Shown here in pieces: positions 13,151 to 25,843 of a DNA stretch of 63,994 nucleotides. Within the stretch, counting starts at the first letter, position 1. The number at the start of each line of letters is the position of its first letter. The stretch spans positions 114,282,467 to 114,346,460 of the forward strand of contig NC_068986.1 in the NCBI RefSeq assembly GCF_001194135.2, read 5' to 3'. This DNA is from Octopus bimaculoides (Eukaryota). Position numbers and translations under genes: made by a program. The notes under the pieces were generated by a model. It was given only the letters and a program-made list of their open reading frames with translations, was not told the origin of the DNA and ran no database searches.

Positions 13151-13579
13151 ATTAGCGCGATTTGATTAACTTTTTAAAAATATCAAATACAATAATAGCA
13201 ATATAAAAAAAACACAATAACAAGAACAGGAAGAATAACATCGACAGCAGAAAGACTGCCTTCATTCTCCACCCCACCCCGCCACCACCTCCGCAAAAAT
13301 AATATTTAGACACATCTACAACATACCCGAAACACTACTACAGCCTAACAATACTATTACTTCCATTCAGTCCAGTCATGTTTCGTACAACAATGCTAGG
13401 CCATTCTAACAACGCTTTCTCTATAGTCCAGTGCTGACATGTCTCCTACACTCCTGGATACTACTATCACATTAATCTAACACTACTCCCTCCCATTCTG
13501 TCCAGAAACATCTAAAATCAAAATATTACTCCAATACTATCCAAATTACACAACCTCTCTCACTCAATCAAGGTATATC

Positions 13580-13974
13580 GTTGTTGTTGTTGTTGGCACT
13601 CCGTCGCTTACGATTCGAGGGTTCCAGTTGATCCGATCAGCGGAACAGCCTGCTCGTGAAATTAACGTGCAAGTGGCTGAGCACTCCACAGACACGTGTA
13701 CCCTTAACATAGTTCACGGGGATATTCAGCGTGACACAGAATGTGACAAGGCTGACCCTTTGAATTACAGGCACAACAGAAACAGGAAGTAAGATTGAGA
13801 GAAAGTTGTGATGAAAGAGTACAGCAAGGTTCGCCACCATCCCCTGCCGGAGCCTCGTGGAGCTTTAGGTGTTTTTCGCTCAATAAACACTCACAATGCC
13901 CGGTCTGGGAATCGAAACCGCGATCCTATGACCGCGAGTCCTCTGCCCTAACCACTGGGCCATTGCGCCTCCAC
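13580..13974 (-). mobile_element. Full-length tRNA-derived SINE (family R) with (CAA)n tail and TSD
   Basis: Head GTGGAGGCGCAATGGCCCAGTGG (A box) ... GGTTTCGATTCC (B box); tail (AAC)n; flanking CAAGGTATATC (13569-13579) and CGAGGCATATC (13975-13985), 9/11 identical. Confidence 0.9.
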
Positions 13975-14159
13975 CGAGGCATATCAACAACACCTCAAAA
14001 CACAATTACAACGTCACTGAAGACTTACAACACCATGCTAGTAGCGCTATCACTCCCGCCTTGTGTAGACATATCTATGACATTTTAAAAAATTCCTATA
14101 TTACTGAACATTGGTGCTCCATGATGTAGAATGACAACATCAACCCAACAATGCTATAA

Positions 14160-14330
14160 TTTTTAAGCTCTGAGTTCAAGTAACACCTAGGTCAACTTTG
14201 TTTTTCATATTTTCGGGGTCGAAAAATCTGTAACAATCCAGTGGGGTGGACAGGCGGATCTTTAAGAACCTCGGATCAGATACTTCGCAGTATTCCTTCC
14301 GGTTCTTTTCGTCCTAACTACAAATCTCGC
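14160..14330 (+). mobile_element. Degenerate family-M SINE
   Basis: tctgagttcaag...ggtcaactttg.tttcatattttcggggtcga core. Confidence 0.55.
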
Positions 14331-14839
14331 CATAACGTAATGGAGAAATAGATTTAACGCGGAATCGGGTCTATTGCATGTCTTCAGAAGCAGCGCCTTA
14401 CCACAAGGATACATTAAATAACTGCGGCTATGACGGGATGGTCAAAGCTGGAAAGCCTTTCATCATAATCATCATAATCATCAAAATCACAATCTGCATC
14501 ATCATCATCATCATCAGTAACACTCCACAACTATGACTACCTCGACTACTATTATGGACACCGCTACCATCAATATCATCACCATTATCAAGATATTCTG
14601 CAGTATCACCATCATCACCATCATTATTACCATCATCATCATCATCGTTAGTCGTACCATTGTACCTGTGAGTAATATTCACAAAAGATGATTTAGCTGT
14701 TGTTGTTGTTGTTGTCGTTGTGGTAAGTTATAGCTGTTGTTGTTGTTGCTGCTGCTGCTGTAAAATTATTGATTTTTAGTGAAGTATCTCTCATAAAAGA
14801 CTATCAGCAGATTCATCATGGCTAAATTGGTAATTAGAG

Positions 14840-15087
14840 GAAATTAAACACACACACACACAATCACACACACACACACGCATACAGTCATACACAAGCA
14901 TATACTCGCGACCATGGATTGATGTTCAACCCACACACTACAACTTATATAAATACACAGATATTCACAAATTCATGCGTACACACACACACATATACAT
15001 AAACACACACACACACAGCTGCACATAAATATTCGCACACAAAATACACACACCCATTCACCCGAACTTAAACTCACATTCATGATG

Positions 15088-15124
<37 letters not shown>

Positions 15125-15630
15125 TCGCAGGAATTACATACACACACACATCAGCAAACCCACATAAACACACATCCCCGCACACTCATACAAATCAAAA
15201 CCCATATGTATACCAAAAAGAAACATACATACGTATGAGCACACATACCGGCACACAAGTACATACAGATACACACACACACACACTCCTAGGGGAGGAG
15301 AGAGAAAGAGATACAAACTCACAAAGACTTACATACATGCATACACGCACGTACACAAATTCACACATACGGAGGTTCATATACATGCAAAAATACACGC
15401 TAATACACACGCTTAAAGGGCCTAACATACAAAATCGCACGCATCCCTGCACATATAAGTAGTCATATAAACACAGAGAAATACAGGCGAAAGAGAAAGT
15501 CACACATGTACGCCACAACAGGCACAGCACACTCACTCATACAATCACATACACACAACTACACACCACATATTTCATGACATACACTGTGTGTATCATA
15601 CGATACACACCACGCAAACCACAGGCATCA

Positions 15631-15660
<30 letters not shown>
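14840..15660. repeat. (CA)-rich cryptic low-complexity field
   Basis: Directly visible; source of the HT/CV ORFs. Confidence 0.8.
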
Positions 15661-15661
<1 letters not shown>

Positions 15662-16674
15662 TCGTGGTCAGGAATGAATCCACACCGTAAATATCGTGTC
15701 AAAGAGAGAACCGCTAAGAGGTGTAACACCAGACTAAGAATTCAAGGTATCTTTAGTAATTGGCTATGATATAAAAAAAAGAAGAAAAGACTGATTAGTT
15801 TCCTTTTAATATAAACACTGCCGTCAACTGCATATGTTTCGAAGATAAAATCCCAGGATCCAAGGAAATTGGAGGTGATCTGTGTCTGCAAAAGCTATTC
15901 CATAAAAATTACAAGAAACCAAATCAAAGTGAATTAATTTTCTAGATTTACTCTTAGGAGTACGAAAATCTAACTTTTCGGACATTTTTCCGACTTCAAA
16001 CAGAGATATGTAGATGAAATAATTTCGTAATAGCATGTGGCCTAGTAGTTAAAGTGTTTAGCTTATAATTATAAGATCGTGGGTTCAATATCCAGAGCTA
16101 AAGATGTGTTGTGTCCTTCATTATCACTTTATTTTTTACGTTGTCCCATTCTAGTCTGCTGTGTTGAGTACCAGCTTGGTGTACACCTCACTCCCTCTAG
16201 CTATAATATTTTGAGTACTACGCTAGGTCAAGGGTGAGGAAGCCGAGATTGTGTTGATATATCTATCTGCAACAACATAAACGCCTAATATAATTTACAA
16301 ACGCACGGTACACATTACACAGCCATAAACGCTTGCGGACGACGGCCAGTTGTAGCAATATAACACGACGGTGGAGATTATATCACGACGGTGGAGAAGT
16401 GAAAGATTACTATGGAATGCCAGGCAATGGGAGAGAGAATAGGGAAGGAAGAGGCATAAGTAGTGTGAGAGAGGACTGACATAGGAGGAAATAAAGTGAG
16501 GGTGAAGGATAAGGAAAGTGTATTGCAGTAGCTAGGTCAGAAAAGGGAAAGAGGCAGGTAATAGTCATTGAGGTGTTCATATACGATCAGACAGAAACAC
16601 GTTCAGCCTTCAAACTTATGAGCCGATGTGAGAGGTGGCGGAAAGAGAGGAAGCTGTACCAGCCCCGGTCTACA

Positions 16675-16958
16675 AGTGGCTGAGTACTCCACAGACACGT
16701 GTTCCTTAACGTAGTCCACGGGGAGATTCAGCATGACAGAGAGTGTGACAAGGTTGGCCCTTTGAAATACAACAGAAAGAGTGATAGAAAGTTGTAGTGA
16801 AAGAGTACAGCAGGGTTCGCCACCACCTCCTGCAGGAACTTAAAGGAGCTTTAGGTGCTTTCGCTCAATAAACATTGACAATGCCCGGTCTGGGAATCGA
16901 AACCGCGATCCTATGACCGCGAGTCCACTGCCCTAACTACGGGCCATTGCGCCTCCAC
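16675..16958 (-). mobile_element. Family-R SINE, 3'-truncated copy
   Basis: Head nearly identical to the one at 13900-13974; body colinear with small deletions. Confidence 0.88.
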
Positions 16959-17286
16959 ATATCTAATATACTCTCTATCTCTCTTTCCTCCCCCTCTTTC
17001 TCTCTATGTATGTATGTATGTATATGTATATANNNNNNNNNNNNNNNNNNNNNNNNNNNNNNNNNNNNNNNNNNNNNNNNNNNNNNNNNNNNNNNNNNNN
17101 NNNNNNNNNNNNNNNNNNNNNNNNNNNNNNNNNNNNNNNNNNNNNNNNNNNNNNNNNNTATACACATGTGTATAAGTGTGTGTGTTCGTGTGCACACGTG
17201 TGCATGCTTGTGTATGTATATGTGTTTATACATGTACGTATGTGTGTGAGTGTGTTTGTGTGTGTGTGTGTGCGTGTGTGTGTGTG

Positions 17287-17325
<39 letters not shown>

Positions 17326-17782
17326 ATGCATGTATATTCGACATAAATGTCCGTGTGTATACAATTACTAAAATATCTATTCTCGTCTAAAGGACAGCGT
17401 ATATCTATGCTGCCACCTATGGCTTCATTATCATAACTAACAGCTGTCAAAGGCAATATTATTTGCACAGTCACACTGAGACCTCTTACCAAGCCACCTA
17501 TTGTGAAAACATCCATTACACTACTATCTGAGCTGAGAGATCACCGTATCACCTCACAACGCAAAACCATTATAGCCAGACACAACATTTGAGGGTAGAA
17601 CTTTGTATAATTTCAGACTGGTATCACAAGAAACTTAAAACGTGTAAACCTAATACGAAAATGGTATAGAGAAAAATTTTAATCAAGTCACTTATGCTGA
17701 TAAAGTTTTCTAAATTAGACATAAGGTAACTGATTTGGAATGGCATTTCGACCATTTTTTTAAGCAGCAATAATGAATACAT

Positions 17783-17824
<42 letters not shown>

Positions 17825-17934
17825 GCACGCACGCACACATATACATGCATATACACAGACACATATATACATACCTATATCGTAGTAATAATAATAATAA
17901 ACGAACTTAAAGTGTACATACATGCATGTATAAT

Positions 17935-17977
<43 letters not shown>

Positions 17978-17996
17978 GCTTGTGTGCGAGTGTATT

Positions 17997-18038
<42 letters not shown>

Positions 18039-18059
18039 GTGAGTTCAAACAAGAAAAAC

Positions 18060-18250
18060 GACAAAAAAAACAACAAAAAACAACAACGCGAGGACGTGAT
18101 ACAGATATTGTGTTACTGGATGCTTAGGAAAGGAAGGAAAGAGAATTTGACGTTTCGAGCGGAGCTCTTCGTCGGAAATAAAGGAATGTCCAAAGAAGGG
18201 GAGACGGAGGAAGAAAAAATCGCCAACGATATAAACGTGGTTACATTGTG
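18060..18250 (-). mobile_element. Penelope-like terminal repeat fragment (family H2)
   Basis: Reverse complement aligns to 41745-41849 (cgttggcgatttttt..cctccgtct..GAAGAGC..GCTCGAAACGT). Confidence 0.7.
18144..18180 (-). ncRNA. Minimal type-I hammerhead-like motif with U4C variant
   Basis: TATTT-CCGACGA-A-GAGC-TCC-GCTC-GAAAC-GTC-AAATT on the minus strand. Confidence 0.5.
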
Positions 18251-18271
18251 GAATGACCGGAAGGAAATGGG

Positions 18272-18337
<66 letters not shown>

Positions 18338-18489
18338 TTGAAATTTTGTGCTTATGTTATAATAAAAACAATTTGACGTTAAATTGAAGGATTGCTGAAT
18401 ATATTGGGTAGAGAACAAATTTATTATTCTTTAAAAAGAATAGTATGGATAGTGACTTTGAAACTCTAAAGTCACGTGGTCCCCCCCCC

Positions 18490-19950
18490 CTCCTCACTTA
18501 ATGAAAGGTGAGCACTCCTCAAGATATCCAGAAACTCAACAAGAATAACCGCGTCATCAGCAAAATTCAGGTCAGTAATCCTGGTTTCACCAATCAGAGC
18601 TCCACAAATCGATCGAGCCATCATCTGGTCTAGTATCTAATCCATGCAGGCATTGAACAGAGAGGAGACAACACAACCCAGACAGTCCGCAGAATCAAGT
18701 GAGAATAAGTCACTTTCAACGCCGCCACCAGCCCAACCTATCGGTGTGTTATACCTCGCAGCTCCAATTTCCTCCAGAGCATATCCCTGTCCACCGAGTC
18801 AAACGTCTTGCGAAGATCGACATGTGCTGCAAGCAGGCTCTGCCGAAAACTTCCCCTGCGTTCGATCAGTGCTCGGAGAACCAGGATCCTATCAGTAGTT
18901 GACATCTTTGGCGTAACTGTTCCGGCCGATGAGAGGCAAACAGATGATTCGAATAACCCTGGCAAAAACCTACCGTGCACTGAGAGGTGTGTAACTGCCC
19001 TATAGTTGTTACAATCGTGGCAGTCACCTTTACCTTTCCAGACAGCGATAATTACATCCTTCTTTCTGCCAGGCGATATTATACCACTGCTTCAGCTTGA
19101 GCAGATGATTTGCCAAAAGAGCAACACTACAGCAGGCCTACCTTTCTAAGTCATCTCCCTATAGATGTCACAAACACTAGCTGCCGTCCTGCCCTCAGCT
19201 GATTTACCGCTGCACGAATCTCGTCTACAAATGGCCAATCACAGCTGACTGGCAGATCGGTCACCGGTGCTGAAGGTATCACGGTATTCAGAACAATACT
19301 AGGTGAGTCCACCTTATACAACTCCTCAAAATATGATGCCCAGCCAGCCACCACCTTGGGCCCCTCAGAGTTTAAAACTGCAGAATATCGAGGTGGGAGG
19401 CTTTGACCTCTAAGCGTAACGATTCCTATTTAGACAGTGCGTGAGTCGGAAGTGTGAAATCAATTCCCGACTTCCCAACAGACTCCTCGAACCTTCCTTT
19501 CTTGTCAGACTTCAGTGTCCTGACTACCCATCACCTCAGACCCAAGGCAAACCTCTAGGCGTCCTAACCAGCCTCGCCCTGTGGCTGCATTCCATTAATG
19601 CGATGGTCTCCCTGGAAAGGAAACGTTTCCTGTCTTTTGTTTCGGAAATCAATACCCCAACAAGCAGTTGACAGCAGGTTGTCCGTGTAAGTATCTCACA
19701 TTCTCAGAGCCACAGTGAAGGACCGTCTCCCCGTAGCACAGACTCAAAATGGTGCGAACAAATCTTGCTTTTACCGTTCTCTTTGAGTTTGTCCTCATCC
19801 ACTCAGAGTCCCCGGTGTTTGTAAGTATGTGGTTGAGTTGCTGTTTTTAGGTTGGGCTGTCGATGACAATGACGAGTTACTAGCCTGGCAAGACCAAGAT
19901 TCCATCCACTATGCGGTACCGACGGTTATTCAACGAATTACGCAGCCAAA
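18490..19950 (-). mobile_element. RTE-clade LINE remnant (linker and RT)
   Basis: WASYFEELYK; STTDRILVLRALIERR...AAHVDLRKTFDSVDR.MLW; LFNACMD*IL...ITDLNFADDAVIL (FADD motif). Confidence 0.9.
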
Positions 19951-20199
19951 CAGGCGACTGTAGGATCGTGAATGCTGCGCCATTGCTGCACCCTCCATGT
20001 ACCTTTATGAGCATATACCTTTATGAGCTTGTACCTTTATGAGCAAAGAAACTTCAAAGTGATGGTATTTAGTTATCGCAGACGAGAAATCTTGTTTTCT
20101 GTTCGTGAGTTCAAGAATTTCGACTCCTAACTGACGCCGGGGTAAGTTAAAATTTGAAAATGGGGTGGAAGTAGAGCAAAAAGTACCTATACATCAAAT

Positions 20200-20420
20200 T
20201 CTACTCGACCTGAAGAAAATTCTAACTGGGCCCCACCTGCAAGGCCATGCGCTGTTTATCTTGATATGAGATCACTATATCGCACACATATGGTTGTGAT
20301 GCATGTGCCTGGTGTACCCTTATCAGACGGGTAGTCATGATGGGTATATTGGGCTTCGTACATTTTACCCCAGTGTCACTTATTTGGCATGCACTGCTCT
20401 CTTATTCAATAATAATAATA
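20200..20420 (+). mobile_element. LINE-3'-end-like repeat (same family as 11880-12660)
   Basis: Direct similarity; ends in (AAT)n. Confidence 0.75.
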
Positions 20421-20600
20421 ACATCGAAAAATACCTTCGGAATGAGAATCCAGGTTCGAAATTTCCCCAAGACACCTGACGAAGGCTGGAGGGTATATCA
20501 GCCGAAACGTTGTGTTAACAACAAACAAGATGAGGACAAATATCCGTCAAATGTAAATAATGTAAATAATGTAGATAATTCCTCATCTCTTAAATATAGA
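20408..20600 (+). mobile_element. Penelope-like non-autonomous repeat (family H1), headless copy
   Basis: Colinear with 9047-9190 and with the reverse complement of 8865-8955. Confidence 0.8.
20471..20516 (+). ncRNA. Minimal type-I hammerhead ribozyme motif, intact core
   Basis: GACAC-CTGACGA-A-GGCTG-GAGGGTATAT-CAGCC-GAAAC-GTT-GTGTT: stem I GACAC/GTGTT, stem II GGCTG/CAGCC, loopless palindromic stem III (AACGTT). Confidence 0.7.
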
Positions 20601-20906
20601 ACTGTATATTTATTTTTGCTGCTGTATGTATAGAGCTGTCTCTATTGCTGCACATGTTTGCATGTTTCAACCTGGTGTGCGTGTCTGTGTGCGTTTATGT
20701 GCACATACGTGTGTTTCGAAACGACCTTCTGACTTAACTCTTTATACGCTTGTGTGTGTGTATATGCGTGTGTATGTATGTGCGTGAGTATGTATGTATA
20801 TTAATGTGTACCTTATGTAACATACCTCTATATCTATATACTTTACATGTATGTCTCTTATCTAAAGATATGTGCGTGTCTCTTCATAAGTAATATATGT
20901 TTGTAT

Positions 20907-20967
<61 letters not shown>

Positions 20968-21425
20968 NNNNNNNNNNNNNNNNNNNNNNNNNNNNNNNNN
21001 NNNNNNNNNNNNNNNNNNNNNNNNNNNNNNNNNNNNNNNNNNNNNNNNNNNNNNNNNNNNNNNNNNNNNNNNNNNNNNNNNNNNNNNNNNNNNNNNNNNN
21101 NNNNNNNNNNNNNNNNNNNNNNNNNNNNNNNNNNNNNNNNNNNNNNNNNNNNNNNNNNNNNNNNNNNNNNNNNNNNNNNNNNNNNNNNNNNNNNNNNNNN
21201 NNNNNNNNNNNNNNNNNNNNNNNNNNNNNNNNNNNNNNNNNNNNNNNNNNNNNNNNNNNNNNNNNNNNNNNNNNNNNNNNNNNNNNNNNNNNNNNNNNNN
21301 NNNNNNNNNNNNNNNNNNNNNNNNNNNNNNNNNNNNNNNNNNNNNNNNNNNNNNNNNNNNNNNNNNNNNNNNNNNNNNNNNNNNNNNNNNNNNNNNNNNN
21401 NNNNNNNNNNNNNNNNNNNNNNNNA

Positions 21426-21817
21426 CTACCACCACCACCCACCACCACCCCCAACACCACCACCACCACCACCTCTACTACCACTTGCCACAAGCATCGC
21501 TACCTACCATTCAACACCATCTAACAAAATTTACCACTACCACTATCACCACCACCCGACCAATATCATTACTACCACCATCCCCACCATCGCAACTATC
21601 ATCCCCCAACACTACCACCATCATAATCTCTACTACCACCACCAACACAAGCACCATTACCCTCACCACTACCACCACCACCGCCGCCCTGACCGATTAA
21701 TCACTCCCCACCCCATACCCTCTACCACATCACTACAACATTCAGGTTTAGTGCAAAGCTAATATTTCACTTCAAGTCGCTGCAGGTGAGGACTGCGACC
21801 CTACAACTACCACATCC

Positions 21818-21849
<32 letters not shown>

Positions 21850-21950
21850 CTTGTAACTACTACCAACACCGTTAACACTATTACCGCCACCACCACCTAC
21901 AACCAACATTAACGCCACCAACACCATCAGCTTACAATAACACTCAGTCG
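21426..21950. repeat. (ACC/ACT/CAT) cryptic low-complexity field
   Basis: Directly visible; an opposite-polarity GGT/AGT field lies at 22730-23040. Confidence 0.85.
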
Positions 21951-22099
21951 CTACGAGGGAGCCTCTCCACGGCCTTTCGATCTGCTACAAATAGTAGCTA
22001 AATCTTCCTCAAATTGTACAGACTTAAAGGAAATGCAACGTGTAACTCTTTGTGTTCTGAGTTCAAATCCAACTATGGCCTACTTGAGTGATGGACTTA

Positions 22100-22430
22100 G
22101 TCCGTTACCTGGTTTTTAACACCACCACCAGGAACCGGTGTTACCTTGAGGCGAGGTACACTGAACAGTTATTCCGAGTGGCCTCACGAGCTAAGCTCAT
22201 AATTCAGATTTCTGTATGCTGTGACTTGCCGTCTATAAGTAAAGCGCGCTACATTAATTTTGCCGGGATCCTATAATGCTGCTAAGACAGCCCTTCCGGG
22301 ATCCTAGGGTACCTTTTGCGGAATAAACTTTGTTGCAAGCTTTCGGGACCGGGTCTCTGGTTTGAGGATATCTTGCTCCCTCCCACCAAACTTGGAGGCC
22401 CCTGCAATTGATCAAGGGCACTGAATGATT
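22100..22430 (-). mobile_element. Possible APE endonuclease remnant of a LINE
   Basis: INCRGL near the start, LKPET (cf. LQET) and CSVYLAS (cf. CSIYxPP), spread over different frames. Confidence 0.4.
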
Positions 22431-23048
22431 TTATACACAGTATCAGATACAACTAAATAGACATGTTGGTCACTATTGGAGTGTTTTTGACCTTAGGTTC
22501 GCCAAGTGAAGACTGACAACATCATGTACTCGTAATATATTTATTCCATCACCCGATTTAACCTTACGTCTTCATTGGATTTTCCTCCTGTCGTTAGTCA
22601 GATGTATTGTTCCTAAGGATACGTTGTCCAAATGTTTCTTTCCTCTTTGAGGGGATTTAGCTGCTCTTTCTACTTGTTCGGGCGACTACATAAGGGTACC
22701 TTCGAGCGATGGCTGGTTGGTGAAGAAAATGATGGCAGTAGTAGTGGATTAGAGATACAGGTGGTGGTAGCAATGGCGGCGGAGATTACGGTAGTGATCG
22801 TGACGGGGAGTGTTGGTGGTGGTGGGCGTGGGCGTGGTAATGGTCGTTGTCATCGTCATGGAGATGGGCGTGGTGGTCTTGGTGAAGATAAGAGTGGTGG
22901 TTTGAAACGAGGTAGTGATAGTAGTAGCAGTGACCATGATAGTAGTAGTAGTAGTAGTAGTAATGGTGTCAGTGGTGGTTGTAGTTCTGCTCGTGTTACA
23001 GGTATTGGTGTCTATGGTAGGTGTGATGGTGTAACTGACTATTAGGTG

Positions 23049-23110
<62 letters not shown>

Positions 23111-24295
23111 NNNNNNNNNNNNNNNNNNNNNNNNNNNNNNNNNNNNNNNNNNNNNNNNNNNNNNNNNNNNNNNNNNNNNNNNNNNNNNNNNNNNNNNNNN
23201 NNNNNNNNNNNNNNNNNNNNNNNNNNNNNNNNNNNNNNNNNNNNNNNNNNNNNNNNNNNNNNNNNNNNNNNNNNNNNNNNNNNNNNNNNNNNNNNNNNNN
23301 NNNNNNNNNNNNNNNNNNNNNNNNNNNNNNNNNNNNNNNNNNNNNNNNNNNNNNNNNNNNNNNNNNNNNNNNNNNNNNNNNNNNNNNNNNNNNNNNNNNN
23401 NNNNNNNNNNNNNNNNNNNNNNNNNNNNNNNNNNNNNNNNNNNNNNNNNNNNNNNNNNNNNNNNNNNNNNNNNNNNNNNNNNNNNNNNNNNNNNNNNNNN
23501 NNNNNNNNNNNNNNNNNNNNNNNNNNNNNNNNNNNNNNNNNNNNNNNNNNNNNNNNNNNNNNNNNNNNNNNNNNNNNNNNNNNNNNNNNNNNNNNNNNNN
23601 NNNNNNNNNNNNNNNNNNNNNNNNNNNNNNNNNNNNNNNNNNNNNNNNNNNNNNNNNNNNNNNNNGGTGTTCAGGGTGGTGACGGTGGTGTTCAAGGTGG
23701 TGGTGGTGGTGGTGGTGGTTGTTGTGTAACAGCGTACTGGGAAAATGTTCCATTCATCACGTGTTGGTTTCAGGTAAGTCTGAACTGGTCTCAGCACAAA
23801 CTGGACGTTGTAAATCACAAACGTCTCAGGAATGGCAGATGCTGGCGGCCGCGTGTGTGCGTGTGCGTGTATGACAGTAGAGAGGTGGTTGTGGCGATGT
23901 TGAAACAGCTTCGAACCCTGTTGATAGGGAGGTGTAGTGGCAGTAGTAACGATGCAGGTAGTTACATTGGTTCTCGTGGTATCATTGTAGATTGTAGTAA
24001 TGAAAATGTTGGGGGTCCTGGTGGGGTGGTTTAACCATAGGTTGGCTCTAAATGGACTCACGTCTGATCAAACTCATGCCACCTATGACCATCCTGTATT
24101 TTCACAATTGGTTTATTCTCAACAGATGTATCAGGCACCACATTATATATATTTTAAAGACAACTAATATGAGTGAATCTGGCTGCTATTTCTAGGAATT
24201 CGTGCGACTATGCACAGGCCTGGTTGTTGACTCATATTTTCTTACAGGGGGAAGGGAAGAGGAGAACGTGGTGAAGAAGAAAAAGTAGTAGTAGC

Positions 24296-24351
<56 letters not shown>

Positions 24352-24681
24352 CAAGAGGAGAAGAAACTAGAAAAGAGGAAGTAGAGATAGGTAATGCGTT
24401 CCACCAGGTTCAGGTCAGTTTTCATTTTGCACGTGTATGTATGTATGTATGTATGTGTGTGTGTGCATTTGTGTGTTTATGAGTATGTGCGTATTGTCTG
24501 TAAAATGGCGGAGTGAGTTGGTGTGGGGGCGGTGATTACTTCTGTGTAGGTCTGACAGTGTACATGTGTACATAACCCAAATATTTCGAATTGATGACCC
24601 GACACCTTCACCTCTATACGACTATAGACCCAGTCGTCTACAACCAATGTCGTCATCCACCACCACCATCCAAACACCCAC

Positions 24682-24720
<39 letters not shown>

Positions 24721-25087
24721 TCTATCTCTCTCACTCTCTCTCTCTCTCTTTCTCTCTGTATGTCCCTCTCTCCCTCTTTCTTATTCTCTCTCTCTCTCTC
24801 TCTAACCCTCTCCCTTTCTCAGTCTAAACGGCGCAATATACATTCTTCTATCGGACACAGCTACCGGGCTGCCGTCAGGCTGGAGCTTTGCCTCCGGCGT
24901 TTTTATCGATCATATCGCCTCCAGTATTTATTTGTCTTTTACTTATTTTGCTGAGGTCCTATTTGTCGAAGTGCTATTGAGTGGGACGTAAAAGAAGGTA
25001 GCATAAGTTCAGCGGCCATTACACTGACACAGACAAAGGTACACACTCACACACGTATATACATAGATACACATATGCATACATACA

Positions 25088-25118
<31 letters not shown>

Positions 25119-25141
25119 ACAGATACATACATGTACCTATG

Positions 25142-25506
25142 TATGAGGTGTGATCAAAATGTATCGGGACTGATGCCCTAAACGTAAACCACAGCACATA
25201 TCAATTCAAAGTAGGCCTCTTCTGAAGTTAAACACTTTATTCAGCATCGTTTCCATTACTGGGGACTTTCCTCGAACTCCTTCTTCTTTTAGGATTCCGA
25301 GAAGTTGCCCAATCATATTCTTTGGGATTTACCGGGCGTCTTGAAATCTTCCTTTCAAGTGGGATTCTTTCCAAGCCTTAGCTATGAACTCATGATTCCT
25401 CACCTGTTATGACTGTTTTCAAAAGTGTTCGCCTGCTTCGACACAATCAAGAAGATCACGTGCAACTAAATCCCGATCTTCTTTCTGAGATGACCACATT
25501 TCACAC
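25142..25506 (-). mobile_element. mariner 3' end remnant
   Basis: Begins TATGAGGTGTGATCAAAA (mariner-like TIR after TA); decayed internal sequence; ends where a hAT-MITE end starts. Confidence 0.55.
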
Positions 25507-25690
25507 CAGTGTTTCTCAACCTTTTTACCCTAGGGTAACGCTTAAAATAAATTACATGTCTCAAGGAACCCCTGATTGATTACCATATCTTTCTCATATT
25601 TTTTTCATCGTGGTTCACGTGGTAAATAAGAAAGAAAGAGACCTCGATATTATGTAAATAGAGGAATTTATCTGTAAAACTATGTGACAA
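25507..25690. mobile_element. One end of a second copy of the hAT MITE
   Basis: CAGTGTTTCTCAACC...AAATTACATGTCTCAAGGAA matches the reverse complement of 4960-5026. Confidence 0.8.
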
Positions 25691-25708
25691 TTATTCGGTA
25701 GCCATGAT

Positions 25709-25843
25709 AAAACTCCGAATTTCGGATACCGGGGCGGAAACCCACACCGCTCTCTCTTCAGTTATTTGGCCATTTTCAATGGCCAGATAACTAAAGTGAG
25801 AGCGGTGTGGGTTTCCGCCCCGGTATCCGAAATTCGGAGTTTT
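25709..25843. repeat. Long hairpin/palindrome (66-bp arms, 3-nt loop)
   Basis: Outer 46 bp perfect; inner 20 bp carry 3 mismatches; abuts an N-gap. Confidence 0.92.

Noticed and set aside
13900-13974. tRNA-like sequences (also 16890-16958, 29510-29590, 8954-9013)
   Set aside because: They have A/B boxes but run into SINE bodies, with no complete acceptor stem or T-tract terminator; they are SINE heads, not tRNA genes.
19999-20046. Short direct repeats as a possible CRISPR-like array (also 16363-16400, 47744)
   Set aside because: There are no unique spacers, only 2-3 units, and the context is eukaryotic with no cas genes.
20847-24061. Long ORFs of 200-340 aa spanning X runs (also 6036-7423, 25691-26512, 34814-35546, 57887-58690)
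   Set aside because: They are open only because N-gaps and dinucleotide repeats contain no stops.
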